64,000 nt of DNA, taken from NCBI GenBank assembly GCA_965601925.1, contig OZ271854.1, positions 3,104,001-3,168,000 on the forward strand, read 5' to 3'. Positions 46,579-55,346 of the stretch are shown one piece after another; position 1 is the first letter of the stretch; every line of letters begins with the position of its first letter. The stretch comes from Alkalispirochaeta sp. GTDB taxonomy: Bacteria > Spirochaetota > Spirochaetia > DSM-27196 > Alkalispirochaetaceae. The notes beneath the pieces are model-generated. The model did no database searches. It saw nothing but the letters and a program-made list of their open reading frames with translations, and was not told where the DNA came from. The position numbers and the translations under genes are program-made.

Positions 46579-47868
46579 ATGAAGCGAATGGTATGCATCG
46601 TGGCCGTTCTTATCGTTACGGCGGGAATGGTGTTCGCCGGCGGACAGTCCGAGGGCGATACGACGGAGTTGCGCTTCGTCGCCGCAAACCACCCCTTTAC
46701 CGACGTCATTCGTCCGTTGTTAAGCGAGTTTGAGGCGGAGACGGGCATTGTCGTCAACATGGAAAACTACGAAGAGAACCAGTTGACCCAACGTTTGACG
46801 GTGGAGTTTACCTCCGGTAACTCCGACATCGACATCTTTATGACGCGCCCCCTCCAAGAGGGTAAGTTGTTCAGCCGCAACGGGTACTACTCCTGGTTGG
46901 ACGATGCGATCGCCACGGCGGGGGCCGACTTCGGCTGGGACGACTATCCCGCCTCAACTCGAGGTGCGGTGGAGTTCGAGGGGCGTGTTTATGCGGTGCC
47001 GATCGTCACGGAGTGGGAGACGCTCTTTTATCGGACCGACCTCTTTGAAGAGGCGGGCATCAGCGTCCCGACGACGTTGGCGGAACTTATGGCCGCCGCC
47101 CGGGCGCTCCACGATCCGGACAACGAGGTGTACGGCATCGTCTCCAGGGGACAGCGCGGCGCCGCCGTCACCCAGTTCTCGAGCTACCTATACAACTATG
47201 GCGGCGACTTCATCGAGGACGGCTACGCGGTGTTCAACACCCCTGAGGCGCTTGCGGCGTTTGCCTACTACGGCGAGCTCCTCGGCGAATACGGTCCTCC
47301 CGGCGTCACCAACATGAGCTGGCCCCAGGCGCAGGCGCTCTTCGCCGCCGGAAGCGCGGCGATGTGGACCGACGCCAGCGTGTTGATCGCCGGTCTCCTG
47401 GATCCGGAAACGTCGCAAGTGGCCGATGTGCTCGGCGTGGCACCCTTTCCGGCGGGACCGCGCGGTAACTCGCCGTATATGGTCGTGCCGTGGGCCCTCG
47501 CGATCTCGGCGCAGAGCGAGAACCAAGAGGCGGCGTGGCGTTTCATGGAATGGGCCGCCGGGAAAGCGGTAGCCGTCCGGGCGCAAGCGGCCGGTCTCAC
47601 CATGGCACGAACCTCAGCGTGGGAGGATCCGGCCGTTGCGGACGCGATCTTTCCCGGCCTCGCCGAATCGGGCTCGGCGATATCGGCGACCGCACTTCCT
47701 TACGATCGTCCCCTCATGACCGCGGTAAGCGAAGCGCGCGACTCGATCGGGAGTATCATCGTCTCCTCGATAGAGCGCTCCGGCGCCGGAGATCTCACCG
47801 ATCTTGCCGATGCGGCGGTCGAGGAGGTAAACGCCCTGCTCGAGTCGGCGGGTGAGCTTGGGCAGTAG
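46579..47868 (+). CDS. Sugar/polyol ABC solute-binding protein
   Basis: VFAGGQSE signal end, YRTDL, P.T..EL..AA; AAGGAGG RBS. Confidence 0.92.
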   Translation: MKRMVCIVAVLIVTAGMVFAGGQSEGDTTELRFVAANHPFTDVIRPLLSEFEAETGIVVNMENYEENQLTQRLTVEFTSGNSDIDIFMTRPLQEGKLFSRNGYYSWLDDAIATAGADFGWDDYPASTRGAVEFEGRVYAVPIVTEWETLFYRTDLFEEAGISVPTTLAELMAAARALHDPDNEVYGIVSRGQRGAAVTQFSSYLYNYGGDFIEDGYAVFNTPEALAAFAYYGELLGEYGPPGVTNMSWPQAQALFAAGSAAMWTDASVLIAGLLDPETSQVADVLGVAPFPAGPRGNSPYMVVPWALAISAQSENQEAAWRFMEWAAGKAVAVRAQAAGLTMARTSAWEDPAVADAIFPGLAESGSAISATALPYDRPLMTAVSEARDSIGSIIVSSIERSGAGDLTDLADAAVEEVNALLESAGELGQ

Positions 47869-47994
47869 GTTCCTCTCGGTATCTCATCCCTTCAATCGGG
47901 CTCCGCAACCGGCGGAGCCCTTCGCTCGCCCATACGGTTTCGTCGTGATACCGTGTGGGCGCATCACGCGCGCGATGCACGGGAGGTACGGGCA

Positions 47995-48873
47995 GTGTCG
48001 CTAAGTAGGTATGTAGAGCGCAATCTTCGCTGGATTTTTCCACTGCCGGCTGCGCTCTTCGTCATTATCATGATGGTCTTTCCGATTCTGTATACGTTGT
48101 TTCTGAGCCTCCACGATTGGAACATGATGTCGGGAGGGACGATCACCTTTGCCGGGCTCGGCAATTACACCGAGATGCTTACCAACCGGCGGTTTTGGCT
48201 GGCGGTGGTGCGGACGCTCTACTTCACGTTCCTGGCGGTCGGGATCGAAGCTGCTCTGGGCGTCGCGATCGCGCTCATGCTCAATCGTCAGTTCGTCGGC
48301 AAGTCGGCGGTGAAGGTGGTGCTGCTCCTGCCGATGGTCGCGACACCCGTCGCCGTCGGCCTCGCATGGCTCCTGTTTTACGAGCCGACGATCGGATTGG
48401 CCAACTACGGCTTGGAACTGCTCGGTCTGCCGCCGTCCGAGTGGGTCGGATCGCGGTTGACGGTGATCCCGGCCCTCGCGTTGGTGGATATTTGGCAGTG
48501 GACGCCGATGATCGCTCTCATCGTGCTCGCGGGGCTGGCCGGTGTGCCCGCGGAGCCGGTCGAGTCGGCGCGCGTCGACGGGGCGAGCAGGTTTCAGATT
48601 CTGCGTCACGTAACGCTTCCTCTCGTGAGCCCCACGATCGTCGTCGCCGTCGTGTTGCGCGGCATCGAGGGGCTCAAGACGTTCGATATCATCTACGTCA
48701 TGACCACAGGCGGACCCGGTTTCGCCAGCGAGACGCTCAATATATACGCGTACAACCAGAGCTTCGCCTACTTTCGATTCGGTTCCGCCTCGGCAACGCT
48801 GGTCGCGCTCTTTCTCATGGTGTTGGGAGCAACGGTGCTCACCCTCAAGCTGCGGCGGACGTACGAGATGTGA
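47995..48873 (+). CDS. Sugar ABC permease
   Basis: GL.NY, DIWQWTP, ESARVDGA; GGAGG RBS. Confidence 0.92.
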   Translation: MSLSRYVERNLRWIFPLPAALFVIIMMVFPILYTLFLSLHDWNMMSGGTITFAGLGNYTEMLTNRRFWLAVVRTLYFTFLAVGIEAALGVAIALMLNRQFVGKSAVKVVLLLPMVATPVAVGLAWLLFYEPTIGLANYGLELLGLPPSEWVGSRLTVIPALALVDIWQWTPMIALIVLAGLAGVPAEPVESARVDGASRFQILRHVTLPLVSPTIVVAVVLRGIEGLKTFDIIYVMTTGGPGFASETLNIYAYNQSFAYFRFGSASATLVALFLMVLGATVLTLKLRRTYEM

Positions 48874-48884
48874 GGAGACCCACG

Positions 48885-49700
48885 ATGCAGCACAAATGGT
48901 ACCGAGCGGTCGGTTGGTATGCATTGGTAGTTGTCGTTGCGACTCCCTTTCTCTTCCCCTTGTTGTGGATGGCCGTATCGGCGTTCAAAACCCAGGTTCA
49001 GATCATCGCCAATCCACCGGTCTGGTTTTTCGTGCCGACCCTCGATAATTTCGTTCGAGTATTCGCGGAGCAGGACTTTTTGCAGTTCTTCTTCAACAGC
49101 ACGATCGTCGCCGTGGGCGCGACCTCGATCGCCCTCGTATTGGGATTGCCGGCGGCGTACTCGATCAGCCGTTTTCGCCAACGCGGAGTCGGGGTGGTGA
49201 TCCTCATCGCCCGGCTAATGCCCGGTATCTCGCTCTTACTGCCCTGGTACATCGTCTTTTCGCGTCTGCGACTGATCGATACCTATGTGAGCCTCATTCT
49301 CAGCCATATTTTGATTTCCTTGCCGCTGGTGGTGTGGATCATGGTCAACTTTTTCGACAATCTGCCGCGCGAAATAGAGGAGTCGGCGATGGTGGAGGGG
49401 ACGACCCTGCAGGGGGCCTTCTGGCACGTACTGCTTCCGCTTACCGGCCCCGGAGTCGTGACGAGTACGACACTCTCGTTTATCTTTTCATGGAACAATT
49501 TCATGTTCTCTCTCGTCCTCTCGGCGCGTCGCACCCGAACGCTACCGATCGCGATCTACAACTTCGTGAGTTACGCCGAGGTGAGCTGGGGCAGCGTCAT
49601 GGCCGCCTCGATTGCGATTATCACGCCGGCGATCATTCTCACGATGATTTTCCAGCGTTATGTCATTAAGGGTCTGACGGTCGGTGCGGTGAAGGGGTAA
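48885..49700 (+). CDS. Sugar ABC permease
   Basis: EESAMVEG, FIFSWN, TLP, QRY+.KGLT.GAVKG; GAGGAG RBS. The 48117 upstream extension is spurious. Confidence 0.92.
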   Translation: MQHKWYRAVGWYALVVVVATPFLFPLLWMAVSAFKTQVQIIANPPVWFFVPTLDNFVRVFAEQDFLQFFFNSTIVAVGATSIALVLGLPAAYSISRFRQRGVGVVILIARLMPGISLLLPWYIVFSRLRLIDTYVSLILSHILISLPLVVWIMVNFFDNLPREIEESAMVEGTTLQGAFWHVLLPLTGPGVVTSTTLSFIFSWNNFMFSLVLSARRTRTLPIAIYNFVSYAEVSWGSVMAASIAIITPAIILTMIFQRYVIKGLTVGAVKG

Positions 49701-49721
49701 ACTCGACTCCGAGTAATAATT

Positions 49722-50372
49722 ATGGCGGAACGCAAAACCGAATACGAACGGGTCGCGGACGAAATACGCGCCGCGCTCCTCTCCGGCGATGTTCCCGCGG
49801 GAACGCCGCTTCCTCAGCGACAGATGGCCGAGCGCTTTTCCGCCAACGCGATCGCCGTGCGCGAGGCATTTCGTACGTTAGAGCACGAGGGTCTTATCAC
49901 GATCGAGCCGAAGTGGGGGGCACGCGTCATAGAAATTACCGACGAGCACGTGCGCGGTATGTATCTGGTACGGGAAGGGCTCGAACGCATTGCCGCGCGC
50001 GAGGCCGCAATGCGCGTCACGCCTGCCGAGGGCGAGCGGCTTCTCGAGGCGGCCAAACGGTGCGACGCGGCTCACACGATCGAAAGCGCGGCGACGGAGC
50101 ACGAACGTGCCGAGGCGCACCTCGCGGTCCACGATTCAATAGTCGCCGTTACCGGTGTGGCCGCGCTGCACGATTCGATCCGGAGGGCCCACTTGTACTC
50201 TATGTTCGTCGCCGTCGCCCGGCATACTCGCAAAGAGCCCGATCCGGAGCGGTGGCACGAGCGGCTCGTGAAGCCGATCATCCTGCGTGATCCGGTCGCG
50301 GCCGAAGAGGCGATGCGGTTGCATATCGCGCACGGCTTGGAGACCGAGCTCCGCTCACGGCGAGTCGATTAA
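49722..50372 (+). CDS. GntR-family regulator (FCD domain)
   Basis: N-terminal wHTH (G..L.Q..+A.RF...VREA...LE.EGL+), FCD with His residues, A...MR.HI. Confidence 0.88.
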   Translation: MAERKTEYERVADEIRAALLSGDVPAGTPLPQRQMAERFSANAIAVREAFRTLEHEGLITIEPKWGARVIEITDEHVRGMYLVREGLERIAAREAAMRVTPAEGERLLEAAKRCDAAHTIESAATEHERAEAHLAVHDSIVAVTGVAALHDSIRRAHLYSMFVAVARHTRKEPDPERWHERLVKPIILRDPVAAEEAMRLHIAHGLETELRSRRVD

Positions 50373-50374
50373 AC

Positions 50375-50395
50375 GGCGCCGTCCCGGACGGCGCC
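50375..50395. terminator. Perfect inverted repeat between convergent genes
   Basis: GGCGCCGTCC-C-GGACGGCGCC. Confidence 0.4.
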
Positions 50396-50454
50396 TGCGA
50401 CCGTCGTCGGGATTGCGCGTCATCTCGGAGACGGAACGGCCGACGGAGTGCGGG

Positions 50455-50811
50455 CTACTCACTCGCCGCGAGGTGCGGCCCCGACGTCCCGAGACGCGCA
50501 TTCCCCTCGGTGAGACGCCGTCGTAGCAAGGCTTTGCTCGGCCACCCCTTCCCCTCGTTTTCTCGATAGATGCGGCACACGAAGATCCCGGGCCCCTCGT
50601 ACCGCTCCAAATCGACCCCGTCGATACGGAGAGAGGGTGAACCGGCGAATTGAAACCGATCGGCCGTTTGTTGATCGTCCACGGAAATCGGGCTCACTAC
50701 GACGGAGAGCTTCATCTCCACGATCACGTCGAGGAGATCGGTCCACGCCTGTTTGTAAGACGGACAGCCGTCGAAGTAGAGGAATTCTATCCGTAGGCGT
50801 TTCTGGTCCAT
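50455..50811 (-). CDS. Thioredoxin-like DUF2703-type protein (metal-resistance associated)
   Basis: IE.LYFDGCP, F.GSPS.RIDG.D, CR.Y motifs; GGAGGAG RBS. Confidence 0.75.
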   Translation of the reverse strand: MDQKRLRIEFLYFDGCPSYKQAWTDLLDVIVEMKLSVVVSPISVDDQQTADRFQFAGSPSLRIDGVDLERYEGPGIFVCRIYRENEGKGWPSKALLRRRLTEGNARLGTSGPHLAASE

Positions 50812-50914
50812 GCTCACTCCTCCCGCCCCGTGGGTTCTCGTATTAGCTGAGATCTTCCCTTTTTTTCGGTGCGTCCACGCGCGCCGATGCACCGTCCGGG
50901 ATGATCTCTTCTTT

Positions 50915-50934
50915 TACTATAGGGGGGTATAGTA
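50915..50934. promoter_or_regulatory. CsoR/RcnR-type operator overlapping a minus-strand promoter
   Basis: TACTATA-GGGGGG-TATAGTA perfect arms around a G6 tract, within TTGTCG-N18-TATAGT (minus strand). Confidence 0.7.
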
Positions 50935-51013
50935 TATATCGACAAGAGGGCTTCGACACCCGCGTAGTGATCTCGGTGGTCATACACTACAACGGCCCGG
51001 CCGCCGATTCGGG

Positions 51014-51919
51014 CTATCTCCGTCGCACGGGAATGTAGATATCACATTGCGCCTCGGACTCCGAAAACCGTCTGTCGTCATAGAGCTCGAAGTCGGGACC
51101 GTCGTCGCGCTCCCACGTTGGGTTATCGACGAACCACTCTCCGTAGGCGAACTTCCACATTCGTTGGATCTCGTTGGAAAAGTCGTCTCCGCCCGTCTTC
51201 GCACGCGCGGTGAACACGGCGTACTCTTTCGACGGCACGGGAAACGTACCGAAACGGTTCGTCGCGGGCGTGCCGTCCGGGACCGCGTATCCGATTACGT
51301 AGCTGAACGCGCCGCTTTTGGAGTCCATGTCGGTACACAGGCCGTACGAAACCGCGGGCTCTACCTTGTCGGGAATCCGTTCCGCCGTGCCCTCTGTGAG
51401 GAATCGTTCCCAAAACTCGGGAATCTCTTTGAGGTTGCTGCCGTCGTTGGTGGTCCTGAGCTCCGCACCCATGATCGTCATCGCTCCCTTTTTCACAATC
51501 CGCGGCTCCATATCATCTCTCCCATGTGTCTCGTACCGCTTGAGTACGACGCATGCACGCGGTGCGCGCATGGTATACGTTCCTATGGTGCGATACCTGC
51601 CCGGGCTTACACCGTAGATTTTTTTGAATGCCCGCGTGAACGCCTCGTGTGTCTCGTATCCGACGCTGACGGCAATGTCGAGCACGCGCTCGTCGGAGAA
51701 CGACAGGCGATACGCCGCCAAGTCCATCCGGCGTGTCCGAAGGTACTCGCGGAAGGTAGCACCGATCACGGCGGTGAAGGTTCGCATGAAGTGAAAGCTC
51801 GACCAACACGCGCGAGCCGCCGCCTCATCCAGGGCGACCTCGCGCGATAGGTCGGTCTCGATATAGTCGACGGCGCGTTGAATGCGCTCCGCATATCCCG
51901 CCTCACAGGGTGCGTTCAC
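51014..51919 (-). CDS. AraC regulator with C-terminal GyrI-like effector domain
   Basis: I..A+DYIE, S.FHF.R.F, GYET.EAFTRAFKK..G.SP..YR, then IP.FW..F...YAVF...W...DFELYD..C.IYIPV. Start GTG 51919. Confidence 0.9.
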   Translation of the reverse strand: MNAPCEAGYAERIQRAVDYIETDLSREVALDEAAARACWSSFHFMRTFTAVIGATFREYLRTRRMDLAAYRLSFSDERVLDIAVSVGYETHEAFTRAFKKIYGVSPGRYRTIGTYTMRAPRACVVLKRYETHGRDDMEPRIVKKGAMTIMGAELRTTNDGSNLKEIPEFWERFLTEGTAERIPDKVEPAVSYGLCTDMDSKSGAFSYVIGYAVPDGTPATNRFGTFPVPSKEYAVFTARAKTGGDDFSNEIQRMWKFAYGEWFVDNPTWERDDGPDFELYDDRRFSESEAQCDIYIPVRRR

Positions 51920-52004
51920 AGGTGTAAGGATAACGCGGATCGCGCCGCGGCGCTTGATCGAACGTGCTGGATTGAAGGGAGAGCGGTGTCGGCCGTACCG
52001 TCGA

Positions 52005-53366
52005 TCAGTCGTAATACAGTGCGACGACCTCGTCGGCGATCTCTTCCAGCCAGCCCAGATGCTCCGCGGCGCGGAGGACCGTATAGCGGCTGCGCACCTC
52101 CTTGGCGTTGAGAAGCGTTTCGCGTAGATAGTCTCGGTCGACATCGATCTCCGACGGGTGCCACGGCGCACCCACCGCCTCTTGGATACGAACGATTTCG
52201 TCCCTCCCGGGTGACAATGCAGCCAGCGCGGCGATCTCATCCCAGCGTTCGACGACCTCTGCGACGGCATTCATACGCCGCGTTCCGTCCACATACTCCG
52301 GGCGCACGACCTCGGCGATAACGCCTTCGGCAACCGGCCCGAGTCCCCCGCGAAGGCGATCTTCGATCGCGTCGACCGGCTCGGCCGATGCGACGACTCG
52401 CTCTATGTCGAGTGCGGCGGGGTCGCGGGCAAAGAAGCGTTCGTTAAAGGCGGCGGCGACTCCGGTCGCTACTCCGACTTTGGTGCCGTGAAAAAACGGC
52501 CGGCGGCGGCCTATGCCCGCGCACATCTCCCAGTAGTGGCTGAGGCTATGTTCACTCCCCGAGGCGGGTCGAGAGTTTCCGACGAGGAGCATAGCGATAC
52601 CGGATATCATTAGCGCCTCGCCCAGAGTCCGTATCGCGTCGGCGTCCCGTGAGCGAATTGCCCGCGCCGCCGCTACCGTTTGCCCCACCGCGGCGTCGAC
52701 CGCCGCGGCAAAGACGGGACAATAGTACTCGTTGCGTACGATAGCGCTGAGTTTCCAGTCTACCCGTGAGGTGAGTTTCCCGATCGTATCGCTGAAACCG
52801 GAGGCGATCATGTCGTAGGGAGCCGCCGTAAGGATCTCCGTGTCCGCGATGACCGCTTTTGCGTTGGTAGCGATGATGGTCCGCTTGTGGCCGTGGTGAG
52901 TCATCGGCGCGCCCGACCCCGAGTATCCGTCCATGGAGGGAGCGGTCGCCACCGAGACGAAGGGTGTGGCGGTTCTCGCCGCGACGAATCGCGTGAGATC
53001 GGTGAGAGACCCCGAGCCGCACACTACGAGAAGATCGGTTTCGGTGCCCATGGTGAGCATGAGATCGCCCACGGCAGTCTCGTCCGGCTTCACCGGCTGG
53101 GTCGTGTCGAAGAGGCACAGCGTCACACGATATCTTGCCCGCCGGAGCTGATCCTCGACGGCTCGCCCGGCGATGCGATAGGTGTTGCCGTCGGCGACCA
53201 GCGTGACGCGCGTTCCGGTGCCGAGCTCGCCGACGATCGACGCGACCTCATCTATCGCCCGCGGACGCACGAGGATTCGACGAATCGGAAGTTCGTGCCG
53301 TCTGCCGCACCGGCAGTCGAAGGGCTCGAGGGCGAGTTCGTCGTCGTGAAATGCAATATCGGGCAT
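52005..53366 (-). CDS. araM: sn-glycerol-1-phosphate dehydrogenase (bacterial AraM/EgsA type)
   Basis: C.CG..H N-terminus, GSG...D..+F, TAPSMDGY, SRPASGSEH..SHYWEM, HG.KVG, R.RYT.L. Confidence 0.85.
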   Translation of the reverse strand: MPDIAFHDDELALEPFDCRCGRRHELPIRRILVRPRAIDEVASIVGELGTGTRVTLVADGNTYRIAGRAVEDQLRRARYRVTLCLFDTTQPVKPDETAVGDLMLTMGTETDLLVVCGSGSLTDLTRFVAARTATPFVSVATAPSMDGYSGSGAPMTHHGHKRTIIATNAKAVIADTEILTAAPYDMIASGFSDTIGKLTSRVDWKLSAIVRNEYYCPVFAAAVDAAVGQTVAAARAIRSRDADAIRTLGEALMISGIAMLLVGNSRPASGSEHSLSHYWEMCAGIGRRRPFFHGTKVGVATGVAAAFNERFFARDPAALDIERVVASAEPVDAIEDRLRGGLGPVAEGVIAEVVRPEYVDGTRRMNAVAEVVERWDEIAALAALSPGRDEIVRIQEAVGAPWHPSEIDVDRDYLRETLLNAKEVRSRYTVLRAAEHLGWLEEIADEVVALYYD

Positions 53367-53417
53367 GCCGGTATGATAGATGCTGCCGGAGGAACTGTCG
53401 AGAACGTTTCGGGAAGG

Positions 53418-53861
53418 CTACGCCGTGTTTTGCTTCTCGTATTCGGTGATCCGAGCGATCTTCGGTTCCGAGCGCCCGCCGGGTTCGTACGCGGAGGCCA
53501 TCCACGTTCTCGCGAGGAAGCGGGCGACCTTATTCCCGGTCACCTGGGAGCCCATGGCGATCACGTTGGCGTTGTTGCTGAGAGCCGCTCGCTCCGCCTG
53601 GTAGGCGTCGGTCACCAATGCGCAGTACACGCCGGGAACCTTGTTGGCCGCGATGCTCGCGCCGATGCCGGTGCCGCACAACACGATGCCGCGTTCGTAT
53701 TCACCGCGAACAACCGCCTCACCGACGTCGATCACTACGTTCGCATAGATCGGATCGTCCGACCCGAAGTCTTTGACCTCGTGTCCCAGATCTTCGAGCT
53801 CCTCGATGATCTCGTTTTTGAGCCATGTCGCATTGGGATCGCATCCGATCGCTACTTTCAT
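53418..53861 (-). CDS. rpiB: RpiB/LacAB-family sugar-phosphate isomerase
   Basis: K+AIG.D, GI.LCGTGIG.SI.ANKVPG, SNNAN+..+G; AAGGAG RBS. Confidence 0.85.
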   Translation of the reverse strand: MKVAIGCDPNATWLKNEIIEELEDLGHEVKDFGSDDPIYANVVIDVGEAVVRGEYERGIVLCGTGIGASIAANKVPGVYCALVTDAYQAERAALSNNANVIAMGSQVTGNKVARFLARTWMASAYEPGGRSEPKIARITEYEKQNTA

Positions 53862-53990
53862 GTGTTGGTCTCCTTGCGGCGCCAACATAGCAGCTCACCT
53901 ACTGAGTTTCAAGGGCGAAAGAAGGCCGCCGCGCGACGCACTCCCGCCCGTCGGGGAGGATGTGTGCCGTGATTTGATGCTACGCCTCGC

Positions 53991-55022
53991 TCAGTTCGGG
54001 ACGACATAGCCTGCGACGACCGTCAGCACGTATGCGCCGAGGAGGACGGAGCCGAATACCCGCCCGAGCGCTCCTTTGTTGTGTGCGACGCCGATTCCGA
54101 GGAGCAGGACGATAAACAGCATTGACGGGAAGAATAGGTAGAAAAACGACGGCGGCACGCGCAGGCCGCCGGCGGTGACGGCGGCACTCGCACCGCTCAC
54201 GAAGAGCACGTTGAGCACGTTCGCCCCGATTACGTTACCTAGGGCGAGCTCGCCGTGGCCCTTGCGAGCCGCGCTGACTGCAGTGGCGAGCTCCGGGAGC
54301 GAGGTGCCGAAGGCGACGAGGGTTGCCGCGATGATCGCCTCGGGTATCCCCAGGCGCAGAGCGATCTCCTCTACCGTCGGTATGAGTATCCAGGACCCCA
54401 TTACTACGAGGACGAGCCCGATCGCAAGGCGGAAAAACGACGCCGCCGGCGTCAAGGTAGAGTCGGCCTCCCCAATCGCATCGTCCGCCGTATCGGGTGA
54501 GGAGGAGCGCGACCACCGGAGGGACTGCCACAGGTAGATGCACAAGAGTACGACAAAGGCTATTCCGACACCCTGGGGGAGCCTGCCGCCGCGGGTAAAT
54601 GTGTCCCCGATCGCGAAGAACGGTATGCTGAACAGGACGAGTAGAATCGAACTTCCGACGGAGATTCCGTTTTGGCGGCTCACCATCCCGGTATCGACGT
54701 GAATCGGTCGGATAAGCGTCGCAATACCCAAGATGAGTCCCGCGTTGGCGATGATCGATCCGACTGCGTTCCCCAGGGCGAGACCCGGAGCGCCGCGAAG
54801 AGCGGCGAGTACGCTGACCACCGTCTCGGGAAGGGTGGTGCCGAGACTCACGATGGTGGCGCCGATGAGCATCTTGGGCACGCCCCACTTGACCGAAAGG
54901 GCCACTCCCCCGTCTACCAGGAAGTCCGCGCCCTTCAATACCGCCACGAGGGAGGCGACCAATACGGCGCACAATAGGATGAAATGGAGGTCTCCGATGA
55001 GGCGGGATATCAGCTCGTCCAT
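53991..55022 (-). CDS. Ca2+/Na+ (CaCA, YrbG-like) antiporter
   Basis: Duplicated alpha repeats G.T.VS.GTTLPE...GN.VGS / A.GTSLPEL...GNVIGAN. Confidence 0.92.
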   Translation of the reverse strand: MDELISRLIGDLHFILLCAVLVASLVAVLKGADFLVDGGVALSVKWGVPKMLIGATIVSLGTTLPETVVSVLAALRGAPGLALGNAVGSIIANAGLILGIATLIRPIHVDTGMVSRQNGISVGSSILLVLFSIPFFAIGDTFTRGGRLPQGVGIAFVVLLCIYLWQSLRWSRSSSPDTADDAIGEADSTLTPAASFFRLAIGLVLVVMGSWILIPTVEEIALRLGIPEAIIAATLVAFGTSLPELATAVSAARKGHGELALGNVIGANVLNVLFVSGASAAVTAGGLRVPPSFFYLFFPSMLFIVLLLGIGVAHNKGALGRVFGSVLLGAYVLTVVAGYVVPN

Positions 55023-55346
55023 GTTCGCGTGTTCTACCTTTCGTCGTGCTGCACAGATGAAGTGTCATACCGCTTGCTCGTGTGGACACCTCTCACGACG
55101 AAGAATATAGACAGGGAGGCGTTCCCTCAAGCGCGGCGCGTCGAGTTCCCGGACGGCACGACGATGAACGAGTGAGCAATAGGCGACGGCGCGGTCCCCC
55201 GATATCGCTCCTCGACTTCGACGACGGTGGTCTGGTTGAGAACCGGATGGCGTGGTAGGCTTCCGCATGGTCGAAGGATTGCCCCTCCTATTACGCTCTC
55301 TTCCGGCAATAGTCTCGCGCCGCGCGAGTGCTCATCCCATGCGCTG

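Noticed and set aside
47908..47970. Two strong hairpins after the SBP gene
   Set aside because: Ordinary intercistronic stabiliser structures in ABC operons.
48117..48884. Long N-terminal extension making a 527-aa permease
   Set aside because: Overlaps the upstream permease in another frame; Arg-rich junk; the real start at 48885 has an RBS.
23198..49700. Three sugar ABC clusters lacking an ATPase
   Set aside because: Common; CUT1 systems often share a distal MsmK/MalK ATPase.
51920..52270. N-terminal extension of the AraC-GyrI ORF
   Set aside because: Overlaps the G1PDH gene; a -10 box sits 7 nt before GTG 51919.
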